Shown here piece after piece: positions 1 to 48,814 of a stretch of DNA of 64,000 nucleotides (within the stretch, counting starts at the first letter, position 1; each line of letters opens with the position of its first letter). Under the pieces are notes generated by a model that had not been told where the DNA came from, searched no databases, and saw only the letters and a program-made list of their open reading frames with translations. The translations under genes and the position numbers were made by a program. The stretch is from Macrostomum lignano (Eukaryota). The DNA lies in assembly GCA_002269645.1 (NCBI GenBank), contig NIVC01000303.1, positions 627,331 through 691,330 of the forward strand. The letters run 5' to 3'.

Positions 1-66
1 TATTATATATTTAATAGTAATCCGCATATGCTAAAAGTATTAAGATTTATTATGATTTTTTTCCAA

Positions 67-639
67 TTATTGAGCTGTCCTAAAGATCTTGTCCCGAATT
101 CCCGAGGCCCGACCCGGGCCCGAGTCCTCATTCCCGGGCCCAACCCGGGCCCGACTTTGGCCGTCCCGGTCGCCCCCTAGCTCGCACACACGCACTGCCT
201 CAAGCACACCTGAGAGCTGGCCCGTCACCCTGCTACGAAACGAGTCGATGTGTTGCTGTACCAAATCGAATTTGTGATTGACCTCTTGCAGCTGCTGTTG
301 GATGTCGAGAGCGAGACGACGCAGCGACTCAGCGTCTTTTCGGTGTCGCAGCAGCGCTGCATGGCCAGCTGCACCTGCTGCGCCTTGTGACTCTTGTGAC
401 TCTTGTGACTGTTGTGACTCTTGTGAGTCTTGTGACTCTTGTGAGTAGGCACGCAGCAGATCGTCGACCTCCTCCTTGAGTTTGAATAGATTGGCCACAT
501 CGACACTGAGGTGTTGACTGCACATGTGGCAGCGGGAGAATGGAGCCACACCGACTGCAGCTTGGTTGCAGATGATGCAGAGAGGAGTTGCGGGAGGCGC
601 GTCCGAACTCGAGCTGTCGCTGGAGCTGCTGTGGCTCAT
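67..639 (-). CDS. Orphan ~190-aa protein: Ser-rich N-terminus, CxxC-x12-CxxC (B-box-like Zn site), SQE repeat, coiled coil
   Basis: Open frame; ATG at 639 directly follows a cctcacag acceptor (AG ends at 651); CIICNQ...RCHMC motif followed by heptad-rich helices. No confident family assignment. Confidence 0.5.
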   Translation of the reverse strand: MSHSSSSDSSSSDAPPATPLCIICNQAAVGVAPFSRCHMCSQHLSVDVANLFKLKEEVDDLLRAYSQESQDSQESQQSQESQESQGAAGAAGHAALLRHRKDAESLRRLALDIQQQLQEVNHKFDLVQQHIDSFRSRVTGQLSGVLEAVRVCELGGDRDGQSRARVGPGNEDSGPGRASGIRDKIFRTAQ

Positions 640-693
640 TGTTGGATTGGCTGTGAGGAGTTGAAATGTAGATGAAGTCAAAACTCAACGTAG

Positions 694-858
694 GATGCAG
701 TGTGGGGATGGGGTGCAGTGTGGGAATGGGGTGCAGTGTGGGAATGGGGTGCAGTGTGGGAATGGGTTGCTGCGTGGGAATGGGGTGCAGTGTGGGAATG
801 GGGTGCAGTGTGGGAATGGGGTGCAGTGTGGGAATGGGGTGCAGTGTGGGAATGGGAT
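694..858. repeat. 18-bp minisatellite (tgcagtgtgggaatgggg)
   Basis: About 9 tandem units. Confidence 0.95.
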
Positions 859-1311
859 GAAAAGAACCCGTGACACTGCAGGTGTCAGTAAATGCATATG
901 ATAGTCTATCAAACACTAAGACAGCTATAAGTATAAATAAAAAATATGTTTAAAAAGTAAAGCAAATGTTATTGCATGGCATGAAAACTAAACTGTGGTA
1001 AATAATGAGCATATAAAAATGCTGTCATTAAATTCAGTATATTTTGCATGCAGCACATAGTTAATGAAAAGGCAAATCACAATTATCTATTTTGAATTAG
1101 ATAATCAGAATTATTCGACAGATAATTTTATAATATACAATAGTACACTCATAAATAACAGTACACTATTATTAGTACCCAGATTAAAAGTGCAATGCCA
1201 GCGGAATACTAAGTTTGTAGTAGCCGGTAAATGATGACTCATCAAAAAAGCAAAAAATTAATTAAAGCCTGTTCAAGAACTCATAATGCCCATAGCAGCA
1301 CACAGATACTC

Positions 1312-1686
1312 AGGCTACTCAGCCAAGCAACCACAGCAGCTCAGGCTACTCAGCCAAGCAACCACAGCAGCTCAGGCTACTCAGCCAAGCAACCACAGCA
1401 GCTCAGGCTACTCAGCCAAGCAACCACAGCAGCTCAGGCTACTCAGCCAAGCAACCACAGCAGCTCAGGCTACTCAGCCAAGCAACCACAGCAGCTCAGG
1501 CTACTCAGCCAAGCAACCACAGCAGCTCAGGCTACTCAGCCAAGCAACCACAGCAGCTCAGGCTACTCAGCCAAGCAACCACAGCAGCTCAGGCTACTCA
1601 GCCAAGCAACCACAGCAGCTCAGGCTACTCAGCCAAGCAACCACAGCAGCTCAGGCTACTCAGCCAAGCAACCACAGCAGCTCAGG

Positions 1687-1705
<19 letters not shown>
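1312..1705. repeat. 31-bp minisatellite (ctactcagccaagcaaccacagcagctcagg) containing the TSC2 stop codon
   Basis: About 12-13 near-identical units. Confidence 0.95.
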
Positions 1706-31719
<30,014 letters not shown>

Positions 31720-31869
31720 ATCCACAGATGCTTCTGTGGAAGCAATTCATAACAACAAAAAGACTTCACTTCTGAGTCAATGATCAATCAGCTTCATTCT
31801 GTTTGAAGTTTGCCTCGATCGGTTTTTCAAAGTTCCTCGAGACTTAAAATTTATAGAGGTTTTAATACT

Positions 31870-32910
31870 CTTAAGACGCCAAATTCCTCAGTTTTAAATA
31901 CCCTTAAGACACTAAATTCCCTACAGTTTGAAATACCCCTGACACTTAATTCCCTTAAGTTTTAAATACCCCTAGGACACTAAATTCACTACAGATTGAA
32001 TACCCCGAGGACACTAAATTCCCTACAGTTTGAATACCCCTAGGACACTAAATTCACTACAGATTGAATACCCCGAGGACACTAAATTCCCTACAGTTTG
32101 AATACCTTGACAGAATTCCCTACAGTTTGAATACCCTTAGGACACTAAATTCCCTACAGTTTGAATACCCCTAGGACACTAAATTCCCTACAGTTTGAAT
32201 ACCCCTAGGACACTAAATTCCCTACAGTTTGAATACCCCTAGGACACTAAATTCCCTACAGTTTGAATACCCCTAGGACACTAAATTCCCTACAGTTTGA
32301 ATACCCCTAGGACACTAAATTCCCTACAGTTTGAATACCCCTAGGACACTAAATTCACTACAGATTGAATACCCCGAGGACACTAAATTCCCTACAGTTT
32401 GAATACCTTGACAGAATTCCCTACAGTTTGAATACCCTTAGGACACTAAATTCCCTACAGTTTGAATACCCCTAGGACACTAAATTCCCTACAGTTTGAA
32501 TACCCCTAGGACACTAAATTCACTACAGATTGAATACCCCGAGGACACTAAATTCCCTACAGTTTGAATACCTTGACAGAATTCCCTACAGTTTGAATAC
32601 CCTTAGGACACTAAATTCCCTACAGTTTGAATACCCCTAGGACACTAAATTCCCTACAGTTTGAATACCCCTAGGACACTAAATTCCCTACAGTTTGAAT
32701 ACCCCTAGGACACTAAATTCCCTACAGTTTGAATACCCCTAGGACACTAAATTCCCTACAGATTGAATACCCTAGGACACTAAATTCCCTACAGTTTGAA
32801 TACCCCTAGGACACTAAATTCCCTACAGATTGAATGCCCCTAGGACACTAAATTCACTACAGATTGAATACCCCGAGGACACTAAATTCCCTACAGATTT
32901 AAATACGCCT
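31870..32910. repeat. 34-bp minisatellite (ggacactaaattccctacagtttgaataccccta) between TSFM and TSC2
   Basis: About 30 units. Confidence 0.95.
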
Positions 32911-33504
32911 ATGGCACTAAGTTCCCAATTGAATGGACTAAATTTCCCATAATAAGTTTTTAAGTACTACTATTAGTTTTAGCATATAAAGATTTAGTTA
33001 TTCATGCTTTGCATAACCTAGCAACCAGAAACCTCAGCTGTCATCAGCAATATCTAGCCTAACAACCAACAAAAAGTATTCATTGAAAAATTACCAAAAC
33101 TCAGGTAAATAAATCAAGCAAAAGTATTAAGAATGCTGTTTTAATGCAGACAAAAAATATTGCTAATTTTCTTTTGCGCCTTGCAATTCAACAATTAGGC
33201 CTACTTAAAGTAGCTATGCTTGCAGTTGCAACAAGTTTACTTAAAAAAATTAATTGATCTAACGAAACACACGTTCAGAGACAAGATCTTAAGAAATAGT
33301 ACAACTTCGCTATGGAAAATGCATTTTTTGCTAAAACAAATTACAAGCTTACCTTAGATAAATTTGACCAAAGCAATAATTTAATCTAGCATACAGAGCC
33401 TAGGTTTTTGGGTATCATATCGCCTGTAATGACACATCAACTTGTATCTTTTTAAGCTTAGTTTATTCTATCTTTCAGTTTCAACCCAAAAAAACAGGTT
33501 GAGA

Positions 33505-36724
<3,220 letters not shown>

Positions 36725-38295
36725 ATTGTGTTAATTCTGAAATTACTGTTTTTGTTAAAAAATGATGAATTTGTAATTAATTTATTGAATTTTTGACTCC
36801 TAATATCTGAATGTTGATATTGATTTTAGATACTAAATTTTTAGAATAGATTAAATGATGACTCTTGGATAGATTGAATACTACATCTTAGATAGAATTA
36901 ATGATAGATCTTGGATAGATTAAATGATAGATCTTTGAAAGATTGAATGTTAGATTTGGGATGAATTATTGATAAATATTGGTTAGATGTGATAATAGAT
37001 TTTATATTAAATAATCTTGGATAAATTTAATATATCTTGGATGCATTGAATCATAGCTTTTAGCTTAAATGATAATCTTAGAAAGATTGAATGATAGATT
37101 GAATGTTAGCTCTTGAATAGATTAAATGATAGATATTAGTTAGATTTTGTGATAGATCTTAAACTAAATGATTTGATTTTGCATAGAATAAAAAGTAGAT
37201 CTTTCATATGTTAAAATATCAATTTGGAATAGAATAAAAAAGCAAAGAGATCTAAAAAAAGAACTTAAGCTTAAATTATTGAAAAAATTAACAAATTTAA
37301 AGGCCAGTTGAACTTCTATATAAGTTTATGATTCAGTTTTATTTCAAAAGTTTATTGATAATCATTAACTGGAATGAAAAACAGCAAAGGCAATATAAAT
37401 GAAAATACAAACTATAGTTTTATTTATTTAAAAAACATTGAAAAAGTATATGCTACAAAGCTGAAGCTTGTATTATAAAATTATAAGTATAGAATGATTC
37501 ACAAAACTACAAAGAATCATTAACAAGCAAATTTATTAAGTAATTGATAATTGTAGCATTATAATTACAAGACAAGTCCAAGACAACATAGTGAAGAAAT
37601 ACTTTTTAACATTTTTATTTAACAAATAATTTTACTTTTGGATTAAAATTTAAATAATAAAACTTTTATTAATGAATATAAAATTGATAGGCCTACTTGA
37701 TTTTAAAAAATTGATAGGAACATTTATGTTTATTTACTAAGTTACTAACTAATACTATACTTAAAATAATTTTATTTTTTATTAAATTTATAATTATGAA
37801 TGATTATTGTTAGGTTTTACCATTATTAAATGACCATAAACCATTTCTTTAAGTAAGAACAAACTTAAAGTTAAAGGTCTAAGAAAGATGCAATTTATTT
37901 TAATTAATTATATTTTATTATATCTATTATTTAATGATATTATGGCATTGCATATTAGAATTATATTTTATTAGGACATCTAGATATTATTGTTATCTTA
38001 GACTTATTTAGACCTAATAACTATTCTTATTAAGCTACTTATTAAATCTTTATTATTATTTTATCATTCATCCTTATTTATTGAAATTTGTTAAACCCAT
38101 GATAAGGATAAAGACACAAAAACATTTATTTAAAATTGAAATTACAATTACATTGAAACTTATACTTATCAATTGAGACAAAAACTGACAATATAGTCTC
38201 TGACCAATTCATTAAGGAGACAAGGAGCCAAAAAATGTATGATTATGGCTGTAGTGTAGATATTAAACCTGACATCAGTCTGTCACTTGCTTAAG

Positions 38296-38781
38296 TTAGT
38301 ACAAGCAAAATGAAAATAGAGCACACACAAATACAAGTGCCAATGAAACAGCAGACTGCCTTTGAGCAAAGTTGCAGCCATTCCAATCGTTGCAAAAGCA
38401 ATATTTTTTAAATTCGTCGACATCTTCATTAATTTTTGTGTTGGGTCGTTTGTCCAGTGTAGCCTGAAACGTTTTTGAGTATATGCAGTAACCATGACGG
38501 CGAATCATAGGCATTTCGGTCCTGTGCGCAGTAGACTCCAGAAAGCTATCAAGACATCCACGGGTAATGTATTTTTGTCCGCCAATGCTCTCGATATACT
38601 TCACGCAGTAGTTTACAGCAAGCTTTGAATTGTCGCACTTTTTCCAGTGCTGTAGACGTATGTCGAGCGACTCTCCACACCCCGACCTTCCACTGTGGCA
38701 TCGATAGCACCAGGTCTCACCAGCATGACTAAAACTAAATAAGAAAATAGTCAAAATACCTAAAACAATAACTGCTTTCAT
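38296..38781 (-). CDS. Ly6/uPAR three-finger GPI-anchored protein (crooked/quiver-like), 161 aa, single coding exon
   Basis: Signal peptide, 10 Cys (WCYRC...YCFCNDWNGCN), hydrophobic C-terminal GPI-type signal. Confidence 0.88.
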   Translation of the reverse strand: MKAVIVLGILTIFLFSFSHAGETWCYRCHSGRSGCGESLDIRLQHWKKCDNSKLAVNYCVKYIESIGGQKYITRGCLDSFLESTAHRTEMPMIRRHGYCIYSKTFQATLDKRPNTKINEDVDEFKKYCFCNDWNGCNFAQRQSAVSLALVFVCALFSFCLY

Positions 38782-39234
38782 TTTAGCGCTAATCAAACAG
38801 CTGCAGCGTAGAGCTTACTGGGCTTATCAAACGTTTTATTTCGGAGAATAGTGGAAATTTCCTCAAAATTAAAAAACTTTTAAATATAATTAAATCAGCT
38901 CTTATTTATGCTTATGACTATAAAAAAACTGACACAATGCATGAAATTGGAAATTACTGATAGTTTTTGCATAAATAATAAAACCACGTTAAATTCTTTG
39001 TTTTACGTTGTTAAACTCATGGCTAATATTCCGTGAGAATAACTTAAAAAATAGTTTCTAGTGTCAAAGAAAAAATAATTACGTTTCTGTCGTGACGCTA
39101 TATGTTTCTATAAATTTCTACGCTTGTATTAATAGTACAGTAGTAGTAATTATAAACATTAATATTTAATAATGTAATGTAGTCTCCATTCTGGAAACTT
39201 CTGCGCTCACCCCATATACCAACACCACCAACAG

Positions 39235-40090
39235 CAACAAACTACAGCAACCCTGGGCAAGCCAATTAAGTTGGGTTGCTGTCAAAACGCGCGCGCAAGC
39301 GCAGATTTGCGCAGAATAGCGAGTCCGCGGGGGTCGGAGATTGCAGCGTCTCTTAAAAGCAGGTCGACAAAAAAACGCTGACTTCTCGCCTGACCAAGTC
39401 GCCGCGGACCTTGAAGGGATAGCAGCAGCACATCTTGAAGCGGCTCAGGGCAGTACTGCTCTGCCCGGATGACGTGGCCGGCCAGCTGTAGGCGCCGGAT
39501 GCGTAGCAGCTGGCTGGGTCGGGAAAGCTGAGCCCGTCGGTATAAACTCGTCATTGCTGGTGTTGGTGGTGGCAGTCGGCGAGTAGTGGACACCGAAGGC
39601 GGCTCTCGGGAGTCCAGCGTGAGCGGCGTCTAGTTGCCGCTCCTGCGGGCCGTTCAGTGTCCGTTCAGACGGCCTGGAACAGCCCCCCTCAGCCGATCCG
39701 GCAGCGCGGGGGGCTCTGCAGGACAGTCCGCACAAGCGCCCAGACAAGCGCCCTGCGCCGTGCCATGTCCTCCGTGATGCTTGGCACCAGACCGCCGAGG
39801 TAGACGAACTCTTTGCAGCGGGGCAGCAACGCCACCTGCCCGTTCGTGCAGCGGCAGTATAGATCTCAGCTGCATGGGAGGTCCATCGGCACGGTCAACA
39901 CCATCGTCTTTTTGGTGTTCACGGACAGTCCGATCGCAGCAGCCGCCACCGTCAGCTGGTCTAGCAGGCGTTGAGCTCCTTCAGCTGTGCTAGACAGCAG
40001 CTAGCGCTATAGATCGTCCGTGTTCGCTAGGACGGAGAGTCGCTTCTCGGGGTGCCGCCTGCTTGTTCTGCGACAGAGCAAGAATCCTTT
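39235..40090 (-). mobile_element. 5'-truncated, frameshifted RTE-like LINE 3' fragment
   Basis: RRLQLAGHVIRAEQYCPEPLQDVLLL matches the C-terminus of the 56-59 kb element; (CAA)-type tail on the plus strand. Confidence 0.88.
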
Positions 40091-41027
40091 GGAGTCATCG
40101 CCATATACCAAAAGTATAGTAATGCATGCTGTGCAGCAATTGTCCTTGAGTACATCTTCCGGCCTGATCGAATTTAGCTTCAGTTCATGCAGTTTCTGTT
40201 TAGCTCATCATGCACTGCTTACAGGGGGTTCAAACTTTTTGGGGTGACGTATCAATCGGTAGAGGGTGGGTTCGGCCGGGGCATCGATGATCAACTCAAG
40301 GAAAATCGAGGAAATCGACTAATGACTAAGTAATCTATGTATAGTAGTCCTTGCATAATATATGCCAAAACCATGCTGACAATGCCCAGGACAGGACATT
40401 TCGTCAACCATTTTGCGAAATGCCTCTCGCTGGAGTTGGCCTGCTCTGCCGAAAGGGCATCAGAACGATGAGGCTGACGAATTTGATTGCATTCACCGTG
40501 CTTGCAACACCATGCGCAGTGCGATACACATGTTTGAGCATTCCTTGACGAAAAGCCGGTTAATTGACGCAATGTCCGTTTACCTTCAGGCCAACATGAA
40601 CCCACATGATGCATGTCTGGCGCTGCCAACTTCCAGTACAGTTGCTACGTAGCTTTTGGCGCCGCTTTCTCTGATCTACTCTGATATAATATATAAAAAT
40701 AGCCCCCCCCCCTGGCAATATGCAGCCCCGAATGAAAAATCCTGACAATACATACATGTATCACTTTAAATTAGAATTTTTAATTTATTTATTTATTTAG
40801 AATTTATTTGTAAACGCGAGACTTAAAAATGTTTTTCTTACAGAATATTTTGTTTGAGATTTTTTCGTCTTTATATTTCGCAATAAAACAAAACTTTACC
40901 CTGTCCTGTATCAAGCGGAAAATGAAGTTCGAGATTTTTTATTTGACTGAACAATGGAATGGAATATTTTGCGAATACATGGACGTGTACGATGTAATGT
41001 AGATAAGAAAATTAAGGTAGTCGCAGT

Positions 41028-43510
<2,483 letters not shown>

Positions 43511-44110
43511 ACTTTTCTTGTTGAATAATTTCCTTTAAATAAAGTACTTCTTGAACTGACTATTACTGAATTGGATTCAGAAAAATGCGCTGCTGTTCTG
43601 ATTGAAGGCCGAAACTTGCTGCCCAAAAACGTTGAGTTAAAAGTTGACAAGAGGTGATTCAAATGGTCTTTACAGCACGGATTCAACCCATAGACGAATC
43701 ATTTTACGCTTATTTGAACTTTTGAATGGCACCAAGGCAGAGCGTCTGTCTTCGTATACCGTAAATCTTTCATTTTTAAATGCTTAATATTGCCAGCAAT
43801 CCTTACATTCGATATTTGATATTAACTGATTAATACCTATATACGTGTTATATTCACCTACTGAATGAATTTCTCACCATCAAGTTCATACAGTACTTGT
43901 TTTATAATTCCTTATTTAAATACTTTTCGTCTCGTTAGCCGTTAAATTTTGTTTTGAAGATTCGTAGAAAAATTGTAGGCGCTCTTTCAAATACCATATT
44001 TTTACAAAACTCGTACTTATACATGTACATCTAAATGCATGTCCCATCCTCTTGAATTATTATTTAATACTTGACATATACTGGCCAAACAAGCTTTTTG
44101 CCTGAGCCAA

Positions 44111-44814
<704 letters not shown>

Positions 44815-45575
44815 ACAATTTAGCCGCGCAATTTTCATCTGTACAGGTCAATCAACAAGTCAAAGGCCACTGTACATACTGGTGAGGGCGTGTGCCTGGA
44901 TACAGTTATCAGTGTGCGTGACTGTACATGGTCATAAGCTAATATGTAGTTTATTCCCTTGTCTTTGTCGCCTCTTCAGGGATGGGTGAAGATTGCTACT
45001 CGTAGTATCTTTTTAAAAGAAGAAAAAAGCACCGCTCCCCTGACTGCTTTTTCGATTGAAAACGACGACGACTTTGACTCGACCAGACCAATGCCAATTG
45101 CATGTATGAAGACGACTCAACGCGCTTCTTCAGCTGGTCTATCTAAGGCCTCAACCTCATTAGCTAGGTTGAGCCGAACTTCTGTCTTTAACTCTGCGAT
45201 CTCATAGCGAAAGTTTCAATTAGCTTTTTCTCGCAAGCTTTTTCGCGTCACATCCTACAAGCGCATATACTGTCTACTTATCATCAGTAGACGAACTCCT
45301 GACACTGCTATCTACGAGCGTAAAACTTTCTATAACTAATAATGACATTAAAGAAAAGAACGGTTGTAGATCACCCTATACGTGTGCTCACACAACTGTA
45401 ATTATTAGTAAACAAACTAATATATTTACAGATTCAGCTTAATAGGTGCCATGCTCAAGACAACACTGGCACACCTTAATTTTGTGGGGGCTTTTTGCTC
45501 TAAACATTACGACACTTTAGCCACACTTTAGCTACACTTGATTAAAAACACTTTGATGTCTGCTTCACTTTGCTT

Positions 45576-45794
45576 TCACTTCTTGCCGTAGCTATATCGG
45601 CGGCGTTGCCCCTTGGCAACAGGTTGAACTTCTTCATCGTAGTCGTCGTCAGCTTCCAGCGGCTCGTCAAGACTTTCGCCGGCGATGTCGTCAAGCGAGT
45701 CGGGCTCTTCCACCTGATCCCACTGGTTGCTGGCTGCCAGCTGGGACACGAGGAACAGGGTCAGCAGCAGAGCGATGCCAAGTTGCATCTTCAT
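45576..45794 (-). CDS. Secreted prepropeptide copy A (signal, acidic pro-region, ...K-GQRRRYSY-GKK)
   Basis: 72 aa; hydrophobic signal; D/E-rich spacer; terminal Gly-Lys-Lys amidation/cleavage signal. Confidence 0.8.
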   Translation of the reverse strand: MKMQLGIALLLTLFLVSQLAASNQWDQVEEPDSLDDIAGESLDEPLEADDDYDEEVQPVAKGQRRRYSYGKK

Positions 45795-46612
45795 GGTTCA
45801 GCTGTGCTTGGTTTTGAAAGGCTTGAATAAATTTTAAACTTTCCTAGTTGAGACAGAGAGGCGCTGCTTCGGGTCAGCTGCTTTTAAAAGCAGCTCTAAA
45901 ACGTGCCATGCAGGGCGCTGTGGGTGCACGTTTTCAATGCAATGCTTTGCGTGGCACAGACTGCGTGCTGCCTTGCCCAAGCTCACCTTAGTTTTTGCTC
46001 CATGCATCTCTTCATCTCTCACTGCTTGCCATAGAGGCTGGACAATGCAGCTACTTGATGAGAATACTGCACGTGCCAGTCTAACAAGATGGGAACCGCA
46101 CACGGCTCACTTGTGGCTCAAAATGAATTAAACTAGCTGGCTACTCAACCTGCATCTTTTATTGCAAATAATTCTCCAAACCCTTAAGTTTGGCCTCTTT
46201 AACACTAGTCGTCTATAGATGCATTCATAAATTTAGGACTCTCACAACTCGCGTGACTGGCTGACAACGTATTTTGTTGTTGTTGATATAGGATTGTCGC
46301 AAGCCCTGGCACCCGCAATTTGCTCGGGGCAGAATTAACAAAATTGCTTCGTTTGTAAAGGAGTAAGTAAGCACTGCACAGTCCTTATACAGTCCACCAC
46401 AATATAACTGCAGAAATTTCTCTGTCACACATTTACTCCCGAACCTAACATAACTCTAACCGCACTCTAACCTAAACCTGAGATGAGATGAGAGGAGAGA
46501 ATAGATAATAGGAGAGAGGAGAGGAGAGGAAAGGAAAGATATGAGATCAGAGTAGAGAAGAGAAAAGATAGAAGACAAGAGAGAGGAGAGAACTTAGAAT
46601 AGACACAAACCT

Positions 46613-46722
46613 TTAGCTGGCCGGATTGCTATTGTGCAGTTTCAAAGGACCCGAGGGCCGAATTGAGAGGCTTCGTGGACCGCATGTGGCCCGAGGCCAG
46701 AGTTTGCTGACCAAGTGCATCA
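46613..46722 (-). mobile_element. hAT/Charlie-like terminal fragment
   Basis: Reverse-complement similarity to 52919-53000 (aagcctctcaat.cggccctcgggtcctt...cacaatagcaatccggcc). Confidence 0.45.
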
Positions 46723-46845
46723 TAAGGTTCATAAAGTAAGATAATCCTGTACTAACTAAATGTTTTTTTTGGACATTAGGTAATAGTCTAGAGGCTATTA
46801 TTAAGGGAGAACTTAATTTCGGACACTCTTCATTTCTGACACTAT

Positions 46846-46950
46846 TCATTTCGGACACTGCTCCGGCTGGCCGCCAGTGGCCACAAGAATTGACTGCACC
46901 ATCAGCAGAGTGAGCAGTAGTGCAATGCCTGTGAGTTGTCGCTCGATCAT
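46846..46950 (-). pseudogene. Signal-peptide-only ORF (34 aa) related to the peptide precursors
   Basis: QLTGIALLLTLLMVQS vs QLGIALLLTLFLVSQ; ends where a triplicated agtgtccgaaat motif begins. Confidence 0.4.
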
Positions 46951-47424
46951 TGCCTCGAATGTCTCATTTTTTTCTGTGAAATATCTTACTACTGAGTCTG
47001 AAATCTGTGGCTCTTTTCGAAAACTCCTATTTAAAGTATGAGAGCCAAAAGACACGGACGGCGGATTTCGAATGACTTCTCCTGATGGTGCAGTTGTGGA
47101 GATGATATACTTACTATGCTATAAAAAGGAGAACTTCAATTGAGAAGGTTTCGATTATTTTGAGATCGCTCCAAGGATCTGGGCGAACTTATTGGTATTC
47201 CCCCTCTCTCTCTCCCTCTTTCTCCTTCTCTCACCATTCTCTCCGTCCCTCTCTCTCTCCCCCTCTCTCTCCTTCTCTCCCTCTCTCTCTCTCCCCCTTC
47301 TCTCCGTCCCCCTTTCTCCCTCCCTCTCTCTCCCTCTCTCTCCCTCTCTCTCTTTCTCTTGGTCTCACTATCTCTCCCTACCCCAAACACCTTCTCTCCC
47401 TATTTTTTATCTTTAAATACTGTC

Positions 47425-48440
47425 TTCCGTCTTCTGGGACCGCGATGGTGACAACAAGAGCGTGGCAACTAGGAAGTACTTTAAGCCCACCGTTAGCCAA
47501 GCCCTCATCCACCGAGGCTCTTTTCATCCTAAGCTCACTTTCTGAAGCGTGGTGAAGTCCCAGCTCCTCAGGTACGCCCGGCGGTGCTACCGGATGGCCG
47601 ACTTCGACGCAGCGTGCACCGGGCTGAAGTCGAATCTGGTGCAGCACCAAGGCTGCCGCCGGCGTTTCCTCCGCACCATCAAGTACGACGTGCTGGCTGA
47701 GCTGGGCTTCTACCCGACCAGACGGTGGGTGATCGGCCGTGCAACCCGGCCGACTCTGCAAGTGCTGCCAGGCGCACGCCAGATTCACCTCGGATCAGCA
47801 GCTCGGATCACCTGGCAGATCAGCTGCCACATCGGTTAAACTCATCATCAGTCAGAGGATCGACTGCAACGCAATGAACGCCGTCTACGTTGTGTTCTGC
47901 CGACGGTGCGATCACACGGTCTATGTCGGCGAGACCGTCAACAGCATCCGTGGTCGTATGCTGGGGCACGACACTGCGAGGCCCCGGTGCTGCAATCCTA
48001 CAGAGACCAAGGGCAGGAGCCTGCGGGAGCTGCTCTGCCAGAGCCGGCTCTGCCGCAGTACACGGTGCCCTTTCACTTTAATGGTATTTTCTCTCTCTCT
48101 CTCTCTCTCTATACTTTGTGACTTGTTCTGTTCCTCTGCCATTGTTTGAACTTGTTTGTCGACTCTGGTGTACGGTGCACCGGAACTCTTTCTACACAAC
48201 ATATATTTTTTATTATTTAACTTATTTGTTTTACTTCTGGTGATGTTCTATCTGGTTAATTATTATTTGACACTTTAATGACTTTTCTATTCATTCTATT
48301 TCATTCTATTACTCATCATACTTCATTGTCGTAAATATTGACGGCAACTGGCTCAAATAAACTTTACTCTACTCGCCCTGACAAAGAGTTTGCCAAATTC
48401 GAAATATCGGCAACAATAATCTTATTGACTTTTGAGCCCT
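47425..48440 (+). mobile_element. 5'-truncated Penelope-like element (RT C-terminus + GIY-YIG), degenerate, with 3' hammerhead relic
   Basis: YFKPTVSQALIHRGSFHPK, VKSQLLRYARRC, NAVYVVFCRRCDHTVYVGET; internal stop and frameshift. Confidence 0.85.
48375..48411 (+). ncRNA. Minimal type-I hammerhead ribozyme motif (G8A variant)
   Basis: gcc-CTGACAA-A-gagttt-gcc-aaattc-GAAA-tat-C-ggc at the 3' end of the Penelope-like fragment. Confidence 0.65.
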
Positions 48441-48814
48441 ATTTTCACCGTGTCAGCGCCTGAGTTTGGAGGTGCCCTCCTTTCCCCCCCTCTCTCTCCC
48501 CCATCTCTCTCTCCCTCCCTATCTCTCTCCCCTATCTCTCTACCCCATTCCCCTATCTCTCTCTTCCTCTCTATCTCTCTCCCCTATCTCTCTCTCCCCC
48601 ATCTCTCTCTTCCTCCCTATCTCTCTCCCCTATCTCTCTCCCCCATTCCCCAGTCTCTCTCTCCCTCCCTATCTCTTTCCCCTATCTCTGGCTCCCCTAT
48701 CTCTCTCTACCCATTCCACTATCTCTCTCTCCCTCTCTATCTCTCTCCCCTATCTCTCTCTCCCCCATTCCCCTATCTCTCTTTCCCCCATTCCCCCATC
48801 TCTCTCTTCCTCCC

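Noticed and set aside
40200-40760. Short ORFs and a cagggggttcaaact hAT-like start
   Set aside because: No recognisable motif or partner TIR; at most a decayed transposon fragment.
45834-46131. 89-aa and 64-aa ORFs duplicated upstream of both peptide genes
   Set aside because: Conserved only because the block is a recent duplication; no recognisable domain; they occupy the likely promoter.
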